Assembly (NCBI GenBank): GCA_002435825.1
Contig: DIVL01000028.1
Location: 4,985 to 68,984 of the forward strand
From: Anaerolineaceae bacterium UBA6133
GTDB taxonomy: Bacteria > Chloroflexota > Anaerolineae > Anaerolineales > Anaerolineaceae
Direction: 5' to 3'
Length of the DNA stretch: 64,000 bases
Every line of letters starts with the position of its first letter. Position 1 is the first letter of the stretch. The notes under the pieces were generated by a model that saw only the letters and a program-made list of their open reading frames with translations, had not been told where the DNA came from and did no database searches. This document shows, one piece after another, positions 9,932 to 17,510 of the stretch. Position numbers and translations under genes: made by a program.

Positions 9932-10536
9932 ACGATTCGTCCCGTTCGATCCCAATTGGCAAGCTCCTGCGCGCCGACAACAGCCAGTTTGTGGCAGGCT
10001 GCCGCGTCAGGGAGCTGGAAACCCCGGCTTTTGGCTCGCTGGTCAGAGCATCCCTGGAAGATCAGACCGATGTCTATGGGCTGATCACCAACATCAGCAT
10101 CAATGATGATGGGCTCGTAAGGCAGCTTGTCTCGGGGGTGAGCATCCCCGGGGAGTATACTGCCGACAACCGCTACAACAGGAATTTGCCAGTCGAGATC
10201 CACGTGCTCACGATTGGCTATCAGAGCGAAGGTCAGATCCACCACCAGCTTCCGCCCCGCCCGCCGCTCAGCCTGGACCAACTCTTCCTGTGCGACTCAG
10301 CCGAAGTGGCGCGCTTCACCGGCCACGGCTATTCCTACCTGCGCCACATCCTGCGCCTGGTGGACCAGCCAGTTGAGGAGCTGCTGGTGTCGCACCTCTC
10401 CCAAGCGCGCCGCGTGCAGGACTCGCTGGGCAACCCTGAGTGGTACGAGGCAGCCTGCCAGAGATTGATCGTCCTGCTAAGAGATGACTACCCGCGCCTG
10501 ACCCAGGCGTTGGACGCCCTTTCAGAACTGGAGTAA
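9928..10536 (+). CDS. Hypothetical protein with an N-terminal region resembling the HerA HAS-barrel
   Basis: 202-aa ORF translationally coupled on both sides. Its N-terminus IPIGKLLRADNSQFVAGCRV...FGSLVRASLEDQTDVYGLITNISI parallels the HerA N-terminus PPIGFVTGGGLEANLQVKL...GAFVVMDSGSLRFYGLVTDLQL. No ATPase or phosphoesterase motifs are present. Confidence 0.55.
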   Translation: MNDSSRSIPIGKLLRADNSQFVAGCRVRELETPAFGSLVRASLEDQTDVYGLITNISINDDGLVRQLVSGVSIPGEYTADNRYNRNLPVEIHVLTIGYQSEGQIHHQLPPRPPLSLDQLFLCDSAEVARFTGHGYSYLRHILRLVDQPVEELLVSHLSQARRVQDSLGNPEWYEAACQRLIVLLRDDYPRLTQALDALSELE

Positions 10537-10539
10537 CGC

Positions 10540-12273
10540 ATGATGGAACCCCAAACAGATTTCAGCAATGACAACCCGCCCATCGGCTTTGTGACTGGGG
10601 GCGGTCTTGAAGCCAACCTGCAGGTGAAGCTGACCGTGCCGGCACAAACGGTGCAGGAAGGGGCTTTTGTGGTGATGGATAGCGGCAGCTTGCGCTTTTA
10701 TGGGCTGGTAACAGACCTCCAATTGGCAGCCATTGACCCCAACTATGCCAGCCAACTGAACACCGAGCGCTTCAGTCCGCGCCTGGGGCAGTACCTCAAC
10801 CAGAGTACGCTCTACACCAACCTGGCGGTCATGCCCGCCCTGATGCTCGACCGCGGTCCGGACCCAACCAGCCCGGAATATGCAGCCTGGGCGCAAAACC
10901 GACCGACGAAAGATACACCCATCACGGTAAAGACCGTGCCCGACCATCACGCGCCGGTTAAGTTGGCAAATGCCGAGGATATCGCCCAGATCTTCGGCAC
11001 GGAGGACGGCAAAACTATCTTCCGCGTCGGTGAAACGCGCGAGCAGGGGCACGCGGTCTGCCTGAACCTCGAAAAGTTCGTTCGACGCTCGTCGGGTATT
11101 TTTGGCACGACCGGCTCGGGCAAGTCCTTCCTGGCGCGCATGATCCTGGCGGGATTGATCCATGCCAACATTGCTTCCACCCTGATTTTCGACATGCACA
11201 ACGAGTATGGTCCTCCAAGTACCTCCTCTGACACCGGCAAGCCGGTGAGTGGGCTCAAGGAACAGTTTACGGCACGCGTAAGGTTGGTGGGCTTGGGCGC
11301 GGGTACAGATTTTGGTGCCTTGCATGCTGATTTTAAACTCGAAATCGCGCACAAAGACATCACCCCGGAAGATGTCTTGCAGCTCAGCCAGGCCTTGAAC
11401 CTCAAGGAAACCACTGCTGCCACGCTGGATGCCCTGCAGACCAGTTTTGGGGAAGACTGGTTCACCGCCTTTATGCATATGCGCGGGAAGGCAACTGACG
11501 AAGATGAGGAAGGCAAGCGCCGTCCGGCAGCCGACAGCGTGGAAGCCTGGGCAAATGAGGCGGGTGTGAATGTGCTGGCAGCGGAAAGCTTGCGCAGCAA
11601 ACTCAGCCGCCTGATGAACCGACCCTACCTGGCGGACAGCCCCGCGAGCAACGGTCTGGCGGAGATCATCGATACCCTCCAGGCTGGGCGGCATGTGATC
11701 CTCTCCTTTGGACGCTACGATTCTGAACTCGATTACCTGCTGGTCACCAACCTGATTACACGCAAAATCCGCGATACCTGGGAAGCTGCCACCAGCCAGT
11801 ACCATAAGGACAAAAAGAATGAACCCCGCCCGCTGGTAGTGGTGGTTGAGGAGGCGCACAAGCTGCTCAACCGCGAAATGGCTTCGCAGACCATTTTCAG
11901 CACTATCGCGCGCGAAATGCGCAAGTATTACGTGACCCTGCTAATCATCGACCAGCGTCCGTCGCAGATTTATGACGAGGTGATGTCGCAGCTTGGAACG
12001 CGCATCTCAGGAGCGCTCGGGGATGAGGATGACATCAACGCTGTGTTGAGCGGTCTGGCGGGGCGAAGCTCCCTGCGCGGCATGCTTGCCAAGCTTCAGC
12101 CTAAAGAGGAAGTGCTGATGCTCGGCTGGGGCGTGCCCATGCCCATTCCCATCCGTTCACGGCGCTATGACGATAAATTCTGGCAGGAAATTCATAAAGA
12201 TGAGACGGCGAAGCCCGCAACCACCGCTGATTACAACAAGCTGTTAGGGTTTGGTGACGATGATACCGATTAA
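10540..12273 (+). CDS. herA: HerA-type (FtsK/HerA superfamily) hexameric ATPase/helicase
   Basis: N-terminal HAS-barrel-like segment, Walker A GIFGTTGSGKSF, Walker B LVVVVEEAHKLL, and YYVTLLIIDQRPSQI typical of HerA/DUF87 ATPases. Confidence 0.8.
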   Translation: MMEPQTDFSNDNPPIGFVTGGGLEANLQVKLTVPAQTVQEGAFVVMDSGSLRFYGLVTDLQLAAIDPNYASQLNTERFSPRLGQYLNQSTLYTNLAVMPALMLDRGPDPTSPEYAAWAQNRPTKDTPITVKTVPDHHAPVKLANAEDIAQIFGTEDGKTIFRVGETREQGHAVCLNLEKFVRRSSGIFGTTGSGKSFLARMILAGLIHANIASTLIFDMHNEYGPPSTSSDTGKPVSGLKEQFTARVRLVGLGAGTDFGALHADFKLEIAHKDITPEDVLQLSQALNLKETTAATLDALQTSFGEDWFTAFMHMRGKATDEDEEGKRRPAADSVEAWANEAGVNVLAAESLRSKLSRLMNRPYLADSPASNGLAEIIDTLQAGRHVILSFGRYDSELDYLLVTNLITRKIRDTWEAATSQYHKDKKNEPRPLVVVVEEAHKLLNREMASQTIFSTIAREMRKYYVTLLIIDQRPSQIYDEVMSQLGTRISGALGDEDDINAVLSGLAGRSSLRGMLAKLQPKEEVLMLGWGVPMPIPIRSRRYDDKFWQEIHKDETAKPATTADYNKLLGFGDDDTD

Positions 12274-14836
12274 ACTGCGCATTTCCGGGTTCATTTCCTA
12301 CCGCAATCCAGTCGAGATCGACTTCTCCGGTTTTGACTTGGCTTGCATTTCCGGTCCGAATGGTGCTGGGAAATCCTCCCTTTTGGATGCCATTACTTAC
12401 GCCCTTTATGGGGAAGCCCGCCGGAGGGATGAAGCCATCATCAATACTGGCTCGCCCAAGGCGGAAGTGCAGCTGGACTTTGAATACGAGTCCCAGACCT
12501 ACCGGATTGTGCGCAGCATCACGCGCGGCAAAGGCAGTCAGCTCGATTTCATGATCCTGAACCCCAACATGGGAGAGCAGGGCACCTGGAAAATCCTGAC
12601 CGAGCAAAACATGCGCGCCACCCAGGCGAAGATTGAGAATACCTTGCGGCTAGACTATGAGACTTTTGTCAATGCCGCCTTCTTTTTGCAGGGGAAAGCT
12701 GATTCCTTTGCCACGCAGCGTCCGGCTGACCGCAAGAAAATCCTCTCGAGCATCCTCGGGCTGGACCAGTGGGAGGTGTACCAGGAATTCACCAAAACCC
12801 GCATCCGCGATGCAAAAACTGACCTTGATGTCCGGGAGCGCAAGCTGGCAGAGATCCAGGCTGAACTCGACCAGGAACCTCTCAAGCGCGCGGAATTTCA
12901 AGCCGCTGAGCAGGAGTTGAAGGCGGCGTCAACCGAAGTGGAGCTGCAAACGGCGCGCTACCAGCAGCAGTTGGCGCAAAAAGAAAAGCTCGAAGCTCAG
13001 CAGCAGACGGTGAGTGCGCTTGGCAGTCAACTGACAGCCGCCCAAAACCGCATAGAGGGCTTTGAACGGCAGAAATCCGAGCGATTGGCGCGGTTGCACG
13101 CGCACCAGAACACTCTCGCCCGCGCAGAGGGAATAAAAGCCTCCTATGATGTTTATAACCAGCTGCTTGAGCGCTTGCGCCAGGCTGAAGCCCAGTCGGA
13201 ACAGTTTCGCCCCATCGAAAGCGAACTCAAAGCTTATCGCCAACAGCTTGAGGTGGAAAAGCAGCGCCTCAACACCACCGCTGAGCACCTGCGCCAGGAA
13301 GAAACCCGCATCCGCCAGGCAGCGCTGGACGCCCGTGCCCTGGAGCAGCAGCGCCTGGACATTGGGCAGATGGTTTTGACCCTGACCCAGGAAATCAATA
13401 ACGCGGCGGACCTGGAAAGTTTGCTGACAGCACTTGAGACTAAAAAGAAAGCCCTTCACCTGGAAAATGGCGAACTGCGGGCGCGCATGCAGGACCTGAG
13501 CGAACGCATCACACAGCTGGCGCATGTAGCGGACGCCGCCTGCCCCCTTTGCGGTCAACCGCTCACGGAGGAGCACCGCGCTGAGCTCAGCGCTGAACTG
13601 ACCGCCAAAGGCACCTCGCTTGGCGACCAGCACCGTGCCAATAAGAAGGCGGTTGAAGAGGCTGAAGAGGAAGAGGTGGCTTTACGCCAGGCGCGCCGCG
13701 ACCTTGAAAAGAATAAATCCGAACTGGTGCAATACAAGAATGAGATTGCCAAGCTTGACCTGCGCCTGCAGGAAATTCGGAAAAATGAGAAAACCTGGCA
13801 GGCAGAAGGCGCCCTCAACCTGGCAAGGGCAGAGGAATCGCTCGAAGCAGACAATTTTCTGCCGGATGTCCGCGTAAAGATTACCGAAGTGGAAGCGCGG
13901 CTGGCTGAGCTGGGTTATGATGCACGCGCCCACCAGCAGCTCAAGGCAGAAGAAGCAGCAGCCCGCCCCGCGGTGGACGCCTATAACAGCCTGCAAACGG
14001 CTCAAAGCGCGGTGGAAGAGCTGCAGGCAGCTCTGGCAGACTTAAGTGCAAACCTGCAGGCTGCAGTTGTAGAAAAAGGACACTTTCAAGCTGAGTATGA
14101 CTCAAAAGCTGCGGAACTGGCTGCTGCCCAGGCGGGCTTGCCGGACATCGACCAGACCCAGGCAGCCCTTACCAGCGCCAAATTAACCGTCTCCAGGGTG
14201 CAAATGCGCCTCGGCGGCATCCGCCAGCAGCTTGCTACGATCGAACAGCAGAAGCAAAACCTTGCCACAATCAGGCAGGATGCGGAAGCCACCCGCCGCA
14301 CCATCCGCGACCTCGAGCAGGTCCAGAAAGCCTTTGGCAAAGACGGGGTGCCCGCGATGTTGATCGAGCAGGCGATCCCCGAATTGGAAGATCAAGCCAA
14401 CGACATCCTCAGCCGGCTCTCGGACCATACCATGAGTGTCAGTTTCCCAACCCAACGCGAATATAAAGACGCCAAACGCAGCGACAAACGCGAAACACTC
14501 GACATCAACATCAGTCACGGTGGGGCTGTGCGGGATTACGAAACCTTCAGTGGGGGCGAAGCCTTCAGGATCAATTTCGCCATTCGCCTGGCACTTTCGC
14601 GCGTGCTGGCAAAACGGGCGGGTGCCAAACTGCAGACGTTGGTGATTGACGAGGGCTTCGGCAACCAGGACACGCAGGGACGCCAGCGCCTGGTGGAAGC
14701 CATCAACCTGATCCGCCAGGATTTCCGCAAGATCCTGATCATCACGCACATCGAGGAGCTAAAAGACTTCTTCCCGGATCGGATCGAAGTCACCAAAACC
14801 CAGGAAGGCTCCCAGGCAGAAGTGTTAGTAACGTAG
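12260..14836 (+). CDS. sbcC: Rad50/SbcC-family SMC-like ATPase with a zinc hook
   Basis: Walker A ISGPNGAGKSSLLDAITYALYG, a long coiled coil with a central CPLCGQPL hook, the signature FSGGEAFRINFAIRLAL, Walker B/D-loop LVIDEGFG and H-loop ITH. The ATG at 12260 overlaps the herA end by 14 nt. Confidence 0.88.
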   Translation: MIPIKLRISGFISYRNPVEIDFSGFDLACISGPNGAGKSSLLDAITYALYGEARRRDEAIINTGSPKAEVQLDFEYESQTYRIVRSITRGKGSQLDFMILNPNMGEQGTWKILTEQNMRATQAKIENTLRLDYETFVNAAFFLQGKADSFATQRPADRKKILSSILGLDQWEVYQEFTKTRIRDAKTDLDVRERKLAEIQAELDQEPLKRAEFQAAEQELKAASTEVELQTARYQQQLAQKEKLEAQQQTVSALGSQLTAAQNRIEGFERQKSERLARLHAHQNTLARAEGIKASYDVYNQLLERLRQAEAQSEQFRPIESELKAYRQQLEVEKQRLNTTAEHLRQEETRIRQAALDARALEQQRLDIGQMVLTLTQEINNAADLESLLTALETKKKALHLENGELRARMQDLSERITQLAHVADAACPLCGQPLTEEHRAELSAELTAKGTSLGDQHRANKKAVEEAEEEEVALRQARRDLEKNKSELVQYKNEIAKLDLRLQEIRKNEKTWQAEGALNLARAEESLEADNFLPDVRVKITEVEARLAELGYDARAHQQLKAEEAAARPAVDAYNSLQTAQSAVEELQAALADLSANLQAAVVEKGHFQAEYDSKAAELAAAQAGLPDIDQTQAALTSAKLTVSRVQMRLGGIRQQLATIEQQKQNLATIRQDAEATRRTIRDLEQVQKAFGKDGVPAMLIEQAIPELEDQANDILSRLSDHTMSVSFPTQREYKDAKRSDKRETLDINISHGGAVRDYETFSGGEAFRINFAIRLALSRVLAKRAGAKLQTLVIDEGFGNQDTQGRQRLVEAINLIRQDFRKILIITHIEELKDFFPDRIEVTKTQEGSQAEVLVT

Positions 14837-14849
14837 CGAGCCGAATTGT

Positions 14850-15480
14850 TCGACGGACGACGTATTTCGATTCGTAGGGAACGGCCTTGCGCCGTTCCGG
14901 ATGTCGATTTTTAGGGAACGGTCTTGCGCCTTTCCGGATGAAACATATAGATGTGCCCTAGATGTTGGGTTGAAACCCGCAACCCGACCTGGAGCTGGAT
15001 TTGAGTCAAGGTCTATCCGTAGGGTGGATTGGCGTTAACGAGTGCTGGATCGGCAAGCATTTTATATAGCCAACCCACCGCCCAGGAACTGTATTGGAGT
15101 GAACAGTTGAGGGTCATTCGGACCTAAGGTTGAGATCGCCACGTCGCTTCGCTCCTCGCGATGACGGGGGTGGGGGAATTGTATTGGAGGTAACAGTTGA
15201 GGGTCATTCGGACCTAAGGTTGAGATCGCCACGTCGCTTCGCTCTTCGCGATGACGCATGGGGTACCCTGGATGTCGGGTCAAAGTATGTACGCAACCCG
15301 ACCTGGAGCTGGATTTGAGTCAAGGTCTATCCGTAGGGTGGATTGGCGTTAACGAGTGCTGGATCGGCAAGCATTTTATATAGCCAACCCACCGCCCAGG
15401 AACTGTATTGGAGTGAACAGTTGAGGGTCATTCGGACCTAAGGTTGAGATCGCCACGTCGCTTCGCTCCTTGCGATGACG
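14850..15480. repeat. Modular repeat block containing a 189-bp near-perfect direct duplication
   Basis: 14979-15167 and 15293-15480 differ at 1 position (314-bp period), and a partial third copy lies at 15176-15256. Contains three reverse-orientation copies of the gttgagatcgccacgtcgcttcgctc.t.gcgatgac core. ggaacggccttgcgccgttcc hairpins lie at 14879-14935. Confidence 0.9.
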
Positions 15481-15489
15481 GATGCTGGC

Positions 15490-16929
15490 TTAGACACTCG
15501 CCTCGGGTTTGATCTTGATCAATGCCAGGGTGGAGAACAGGAACAGGAACCCGTAGAGCCCCATCAGAAGCACGTATCCGGCACCATCCCCGATCGGTCC
15601 ACCGATATACGCGCCCACTGCGCCAGCACCTGCACCAGCCAGGTTGGAAATCCCCAGCCAGCGTCCGGCTTCTTCCTTGGGTACGATGGAAGTCCCAAGC
15701 GCCCAGTTTGAGGAGAAGAACGCGCCAGTTGCCAACCCAATCAATACCCCTCCAACAAACATCACCGGCATGGTGCGCGACATGATTACAACGATTGTCC
15801 CCAGGGTTGCCAGCAGTCCACTGACCAGCAGTATCAGTTTGGCGCCAAACTTATCCGTGAGCCAGCCGGAAGGGATCGAAATCACCAGGATGGCCACGCC
15901 TACCACCATCATCAGCAATGAGGCCGGCTCGGCTGCCGCGCTTCCCTGCAGCTCCGGAAAACGCTCCTGGATAAAATACAGCACAAAGCTGGCGAGGTTA
16001 TTTGCTCCAACCAGAAATGCCAGGCGGTTGATCACCCACCAGGTGAAGCTTGGGTGCTTCCCGGCTTCTTTGCCGAGGCTGATCCGCACTGAGGCGATCA
16101 CCCCCAGCACCACTGCCAGCAGCATGCCTGCCACACCCACCACGCCGATCAGCACCAGTGACAGAGAACCTTTCAGCGCAAGGATGTGCGGCAGCAGCCA
16201 GCGCACCCCCGTGCCAACCAGCACGATCACCAGGGTGAATAGCCCAGTCATTGCCACCAGGCGCAGGATACCTGTCCAGTCCATTGGCTTTGTCGGCTGC
16301 TTTAATGGCGTTTCCCTGACCATCATGGTTAGAACGGTTGCAACGACGAATACGGCTATCATTGCCAGGATTGCTCCCCAAAGGTTACCCGCAGTGACCA
16401 TCCTGGAAATGGTAAATGCCACGATAATTAGCGGTAGTGGCAACTCGAAGAAGGCTTTGATGCCAGAGTATCTGCCCCTTTGTGAAGGCGGAACCAGGTC
16501 GGGGATCAGGCCCTGGGCGGCCCCATGCCCGATATTGGAGAAGACCATCGAGCAGACAATCACTGCAAAGAGTGCCCAGTATCCAGCCATTCCAACCATT
16601 CTGCCAGCAATCCATCCCACCCCGAGGAATGCAATGATCTCCAGCACCGTGCTTGCCAGAATGAACGGTCTTCTCCTGCCCCAGCGTGAAGTGTTGTGGT
16701 CTGAGAGCATGCCCGCAACCGCCTGCACGAGCAGCGCTACCATCAGCGAGACCAGGCGCAGATTGCCATAACTTGTCCCTTTGGTCGCTTCCCCAACGAA
16801 CTGCTGCACCAGGAGTGGCACGATCAACGGCGTCAGGGTCTGGCTCCGCAGCGTCAGCGCAAAAAAGTAGACATTAATGGTGATAGCGTCGTACCAATGC
16901 AACGGTTTTTGGGCAGTAGTCTCGCTCAT
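15490..16929 (-). CDS. MFS transporter
   Basis: Polytopic protein of about 12-14 TM helices with an MFS-like loop (DHNTSRWGRRRPF). I place the start at the ATG at 16929 behind GGAG. The longer track ORF would overlap the upstream gene. Confidence 0.8.
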   Translation of the reverse strand: MSETTAQKPLHWYDAITINVYFFALTLRSQTLTPLIVPLLVQQFVGEATKGTSYGNLRLVSLMVALLVQAVAGMLSDHNTSRWGRRRPFILASTVLEIIAFLGVGWIAGRMVGMAGYWALFAVIVCSMVFSNIGHGAAQGLIPDLVPPSQRGRYSGIKAFFELPLPLIIVAFTISRMVTAGNLWGAILAMIAVFVVATVLTMMVRETPLKQPTKPMDWTGILRLVAMTGLFTLVIVLVGTGVRWLLPHILALKGSLSLVLIGVVGVAGMLLAVVLGVIASVRISLGKEAGKHPSFTWWVINRLAFLVGANNLASFVLYFIQERFPELQGSAAAEPASLLMMVVGVAILVISIPSGWLTDKFGAKLILLVSGLLATLGTIVVIMSRTMPVMFVGGVLIGLATGAFFSSNWALGTSIVPKEEAGRWLGISNLAGAGAGAVGAYIGGPIGDGAGYVLLMGLYGFLFLFSTLALIKIKPEASV

Positions 16930-16942
16930 AGGAGTCTCCAGT

Positions 16943-17458
16943 TCAGGATTTGTTGGGAAGCAAGCGGTTGCGAAAACCGTGTTCAACTTCCCAGGGGTAA
17001 ATGATCCAGGCATCTGTGGTTGCGCCGTAATAATCAGGTCTGCTGGAATCGAACAGGTTTCGATAAGGATTGAAGTGCAAGACGCAGGTGGACGGCAAAC
17101 CCCCAGCTGCTGCCACGCGTTTGCGGACTGCGGTAATCGTCCGACCTGAACCCCATACGTCGTCCACGATCAGCACGCGCTCATCGTTCAGGGCGGCATT
17201 TTCCGGGAACTGCAAAAACTTAGGCCATGCCAGGTAGCGGGATTTGGGTTGTCCGGCACTTTCGAGGGGGTCAAAAAAATCGACTGAAGCGGTGTAGATA
17301 CTGCGGATATCCATTGCTTCTGCCAGGAAACCTCCCGGCACAATACCCCCGCGGGTGATCATCAGCAGCACGCTGTATTGGTGGTCAAATTGCTGCATCA
17401 GATTGTCGATCAAGCGATGGACATCTTCCCAACCGATCAGTTCCTGGCGTTGGTTCAT
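16943..17458 (-). CDS. Phosphoribosyltransferase family protein (purine PRT-like)
   Basis: PRPP-binding loop VLIVDDVWGSGRTI and an N-terminal ITRGGIVPGGFLA block. Confidence 0.75.
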   Translation of the reverse strand: MNQRQELIGWEDVHRLIDNLMQQFDHQYSVLLMITRGGIVPGGFLAEAMDIRSIYTASVDFFDPLESAGQPKSRYLAWPKFLQFPENAALNDERVLIVDDVWGSGRTITAVRKRVAAAGGLPSTCVLHFNPYRNLFDSSRPDYYGATTDAWIIYPWEVEHGFRNRLLPNKS

Positions 17459-17510
17459 AGTAAAGCTCCAAGAAGGCTAATTTTGACCTGTGAACAGGCT
17501 CAGACATCAA

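Noticed and set aside
9928-10536. Could the ORF between nurA and herA be a divergent Mre11/SbcD?
   Set aside because: It is only 202 aa and contains none of the calcineurin-like phosphoesterase motifs (DxH, GDxxD, GNH(D/E), GH).
10522-11859. 445-aa minus-strand ORF antisense to herA. Similar long antisense ORFs occur at 12929-13633, 14183-14749, 15644-16771, 39607-40326, 50202-50933 and 62399-63505.
   Set aside because: All lie entirely within well-supported genes on the other strand. They have Arg/Ala/Gly-rich shadow composition and lack start context. They are typical high-GC artefacts.
15062-15283. Small ORFs with repeated peptides (HREERSDVAISTLGPNDPQL twice). Related ORFs lie at 2559-2756, 46857-47240 and 47322-47576.
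   Set aside because: They are translations of the intergenic repeat modules. The peptide repeats simply mirror the DNA repeats, and the reading frames are not conserved between copies.
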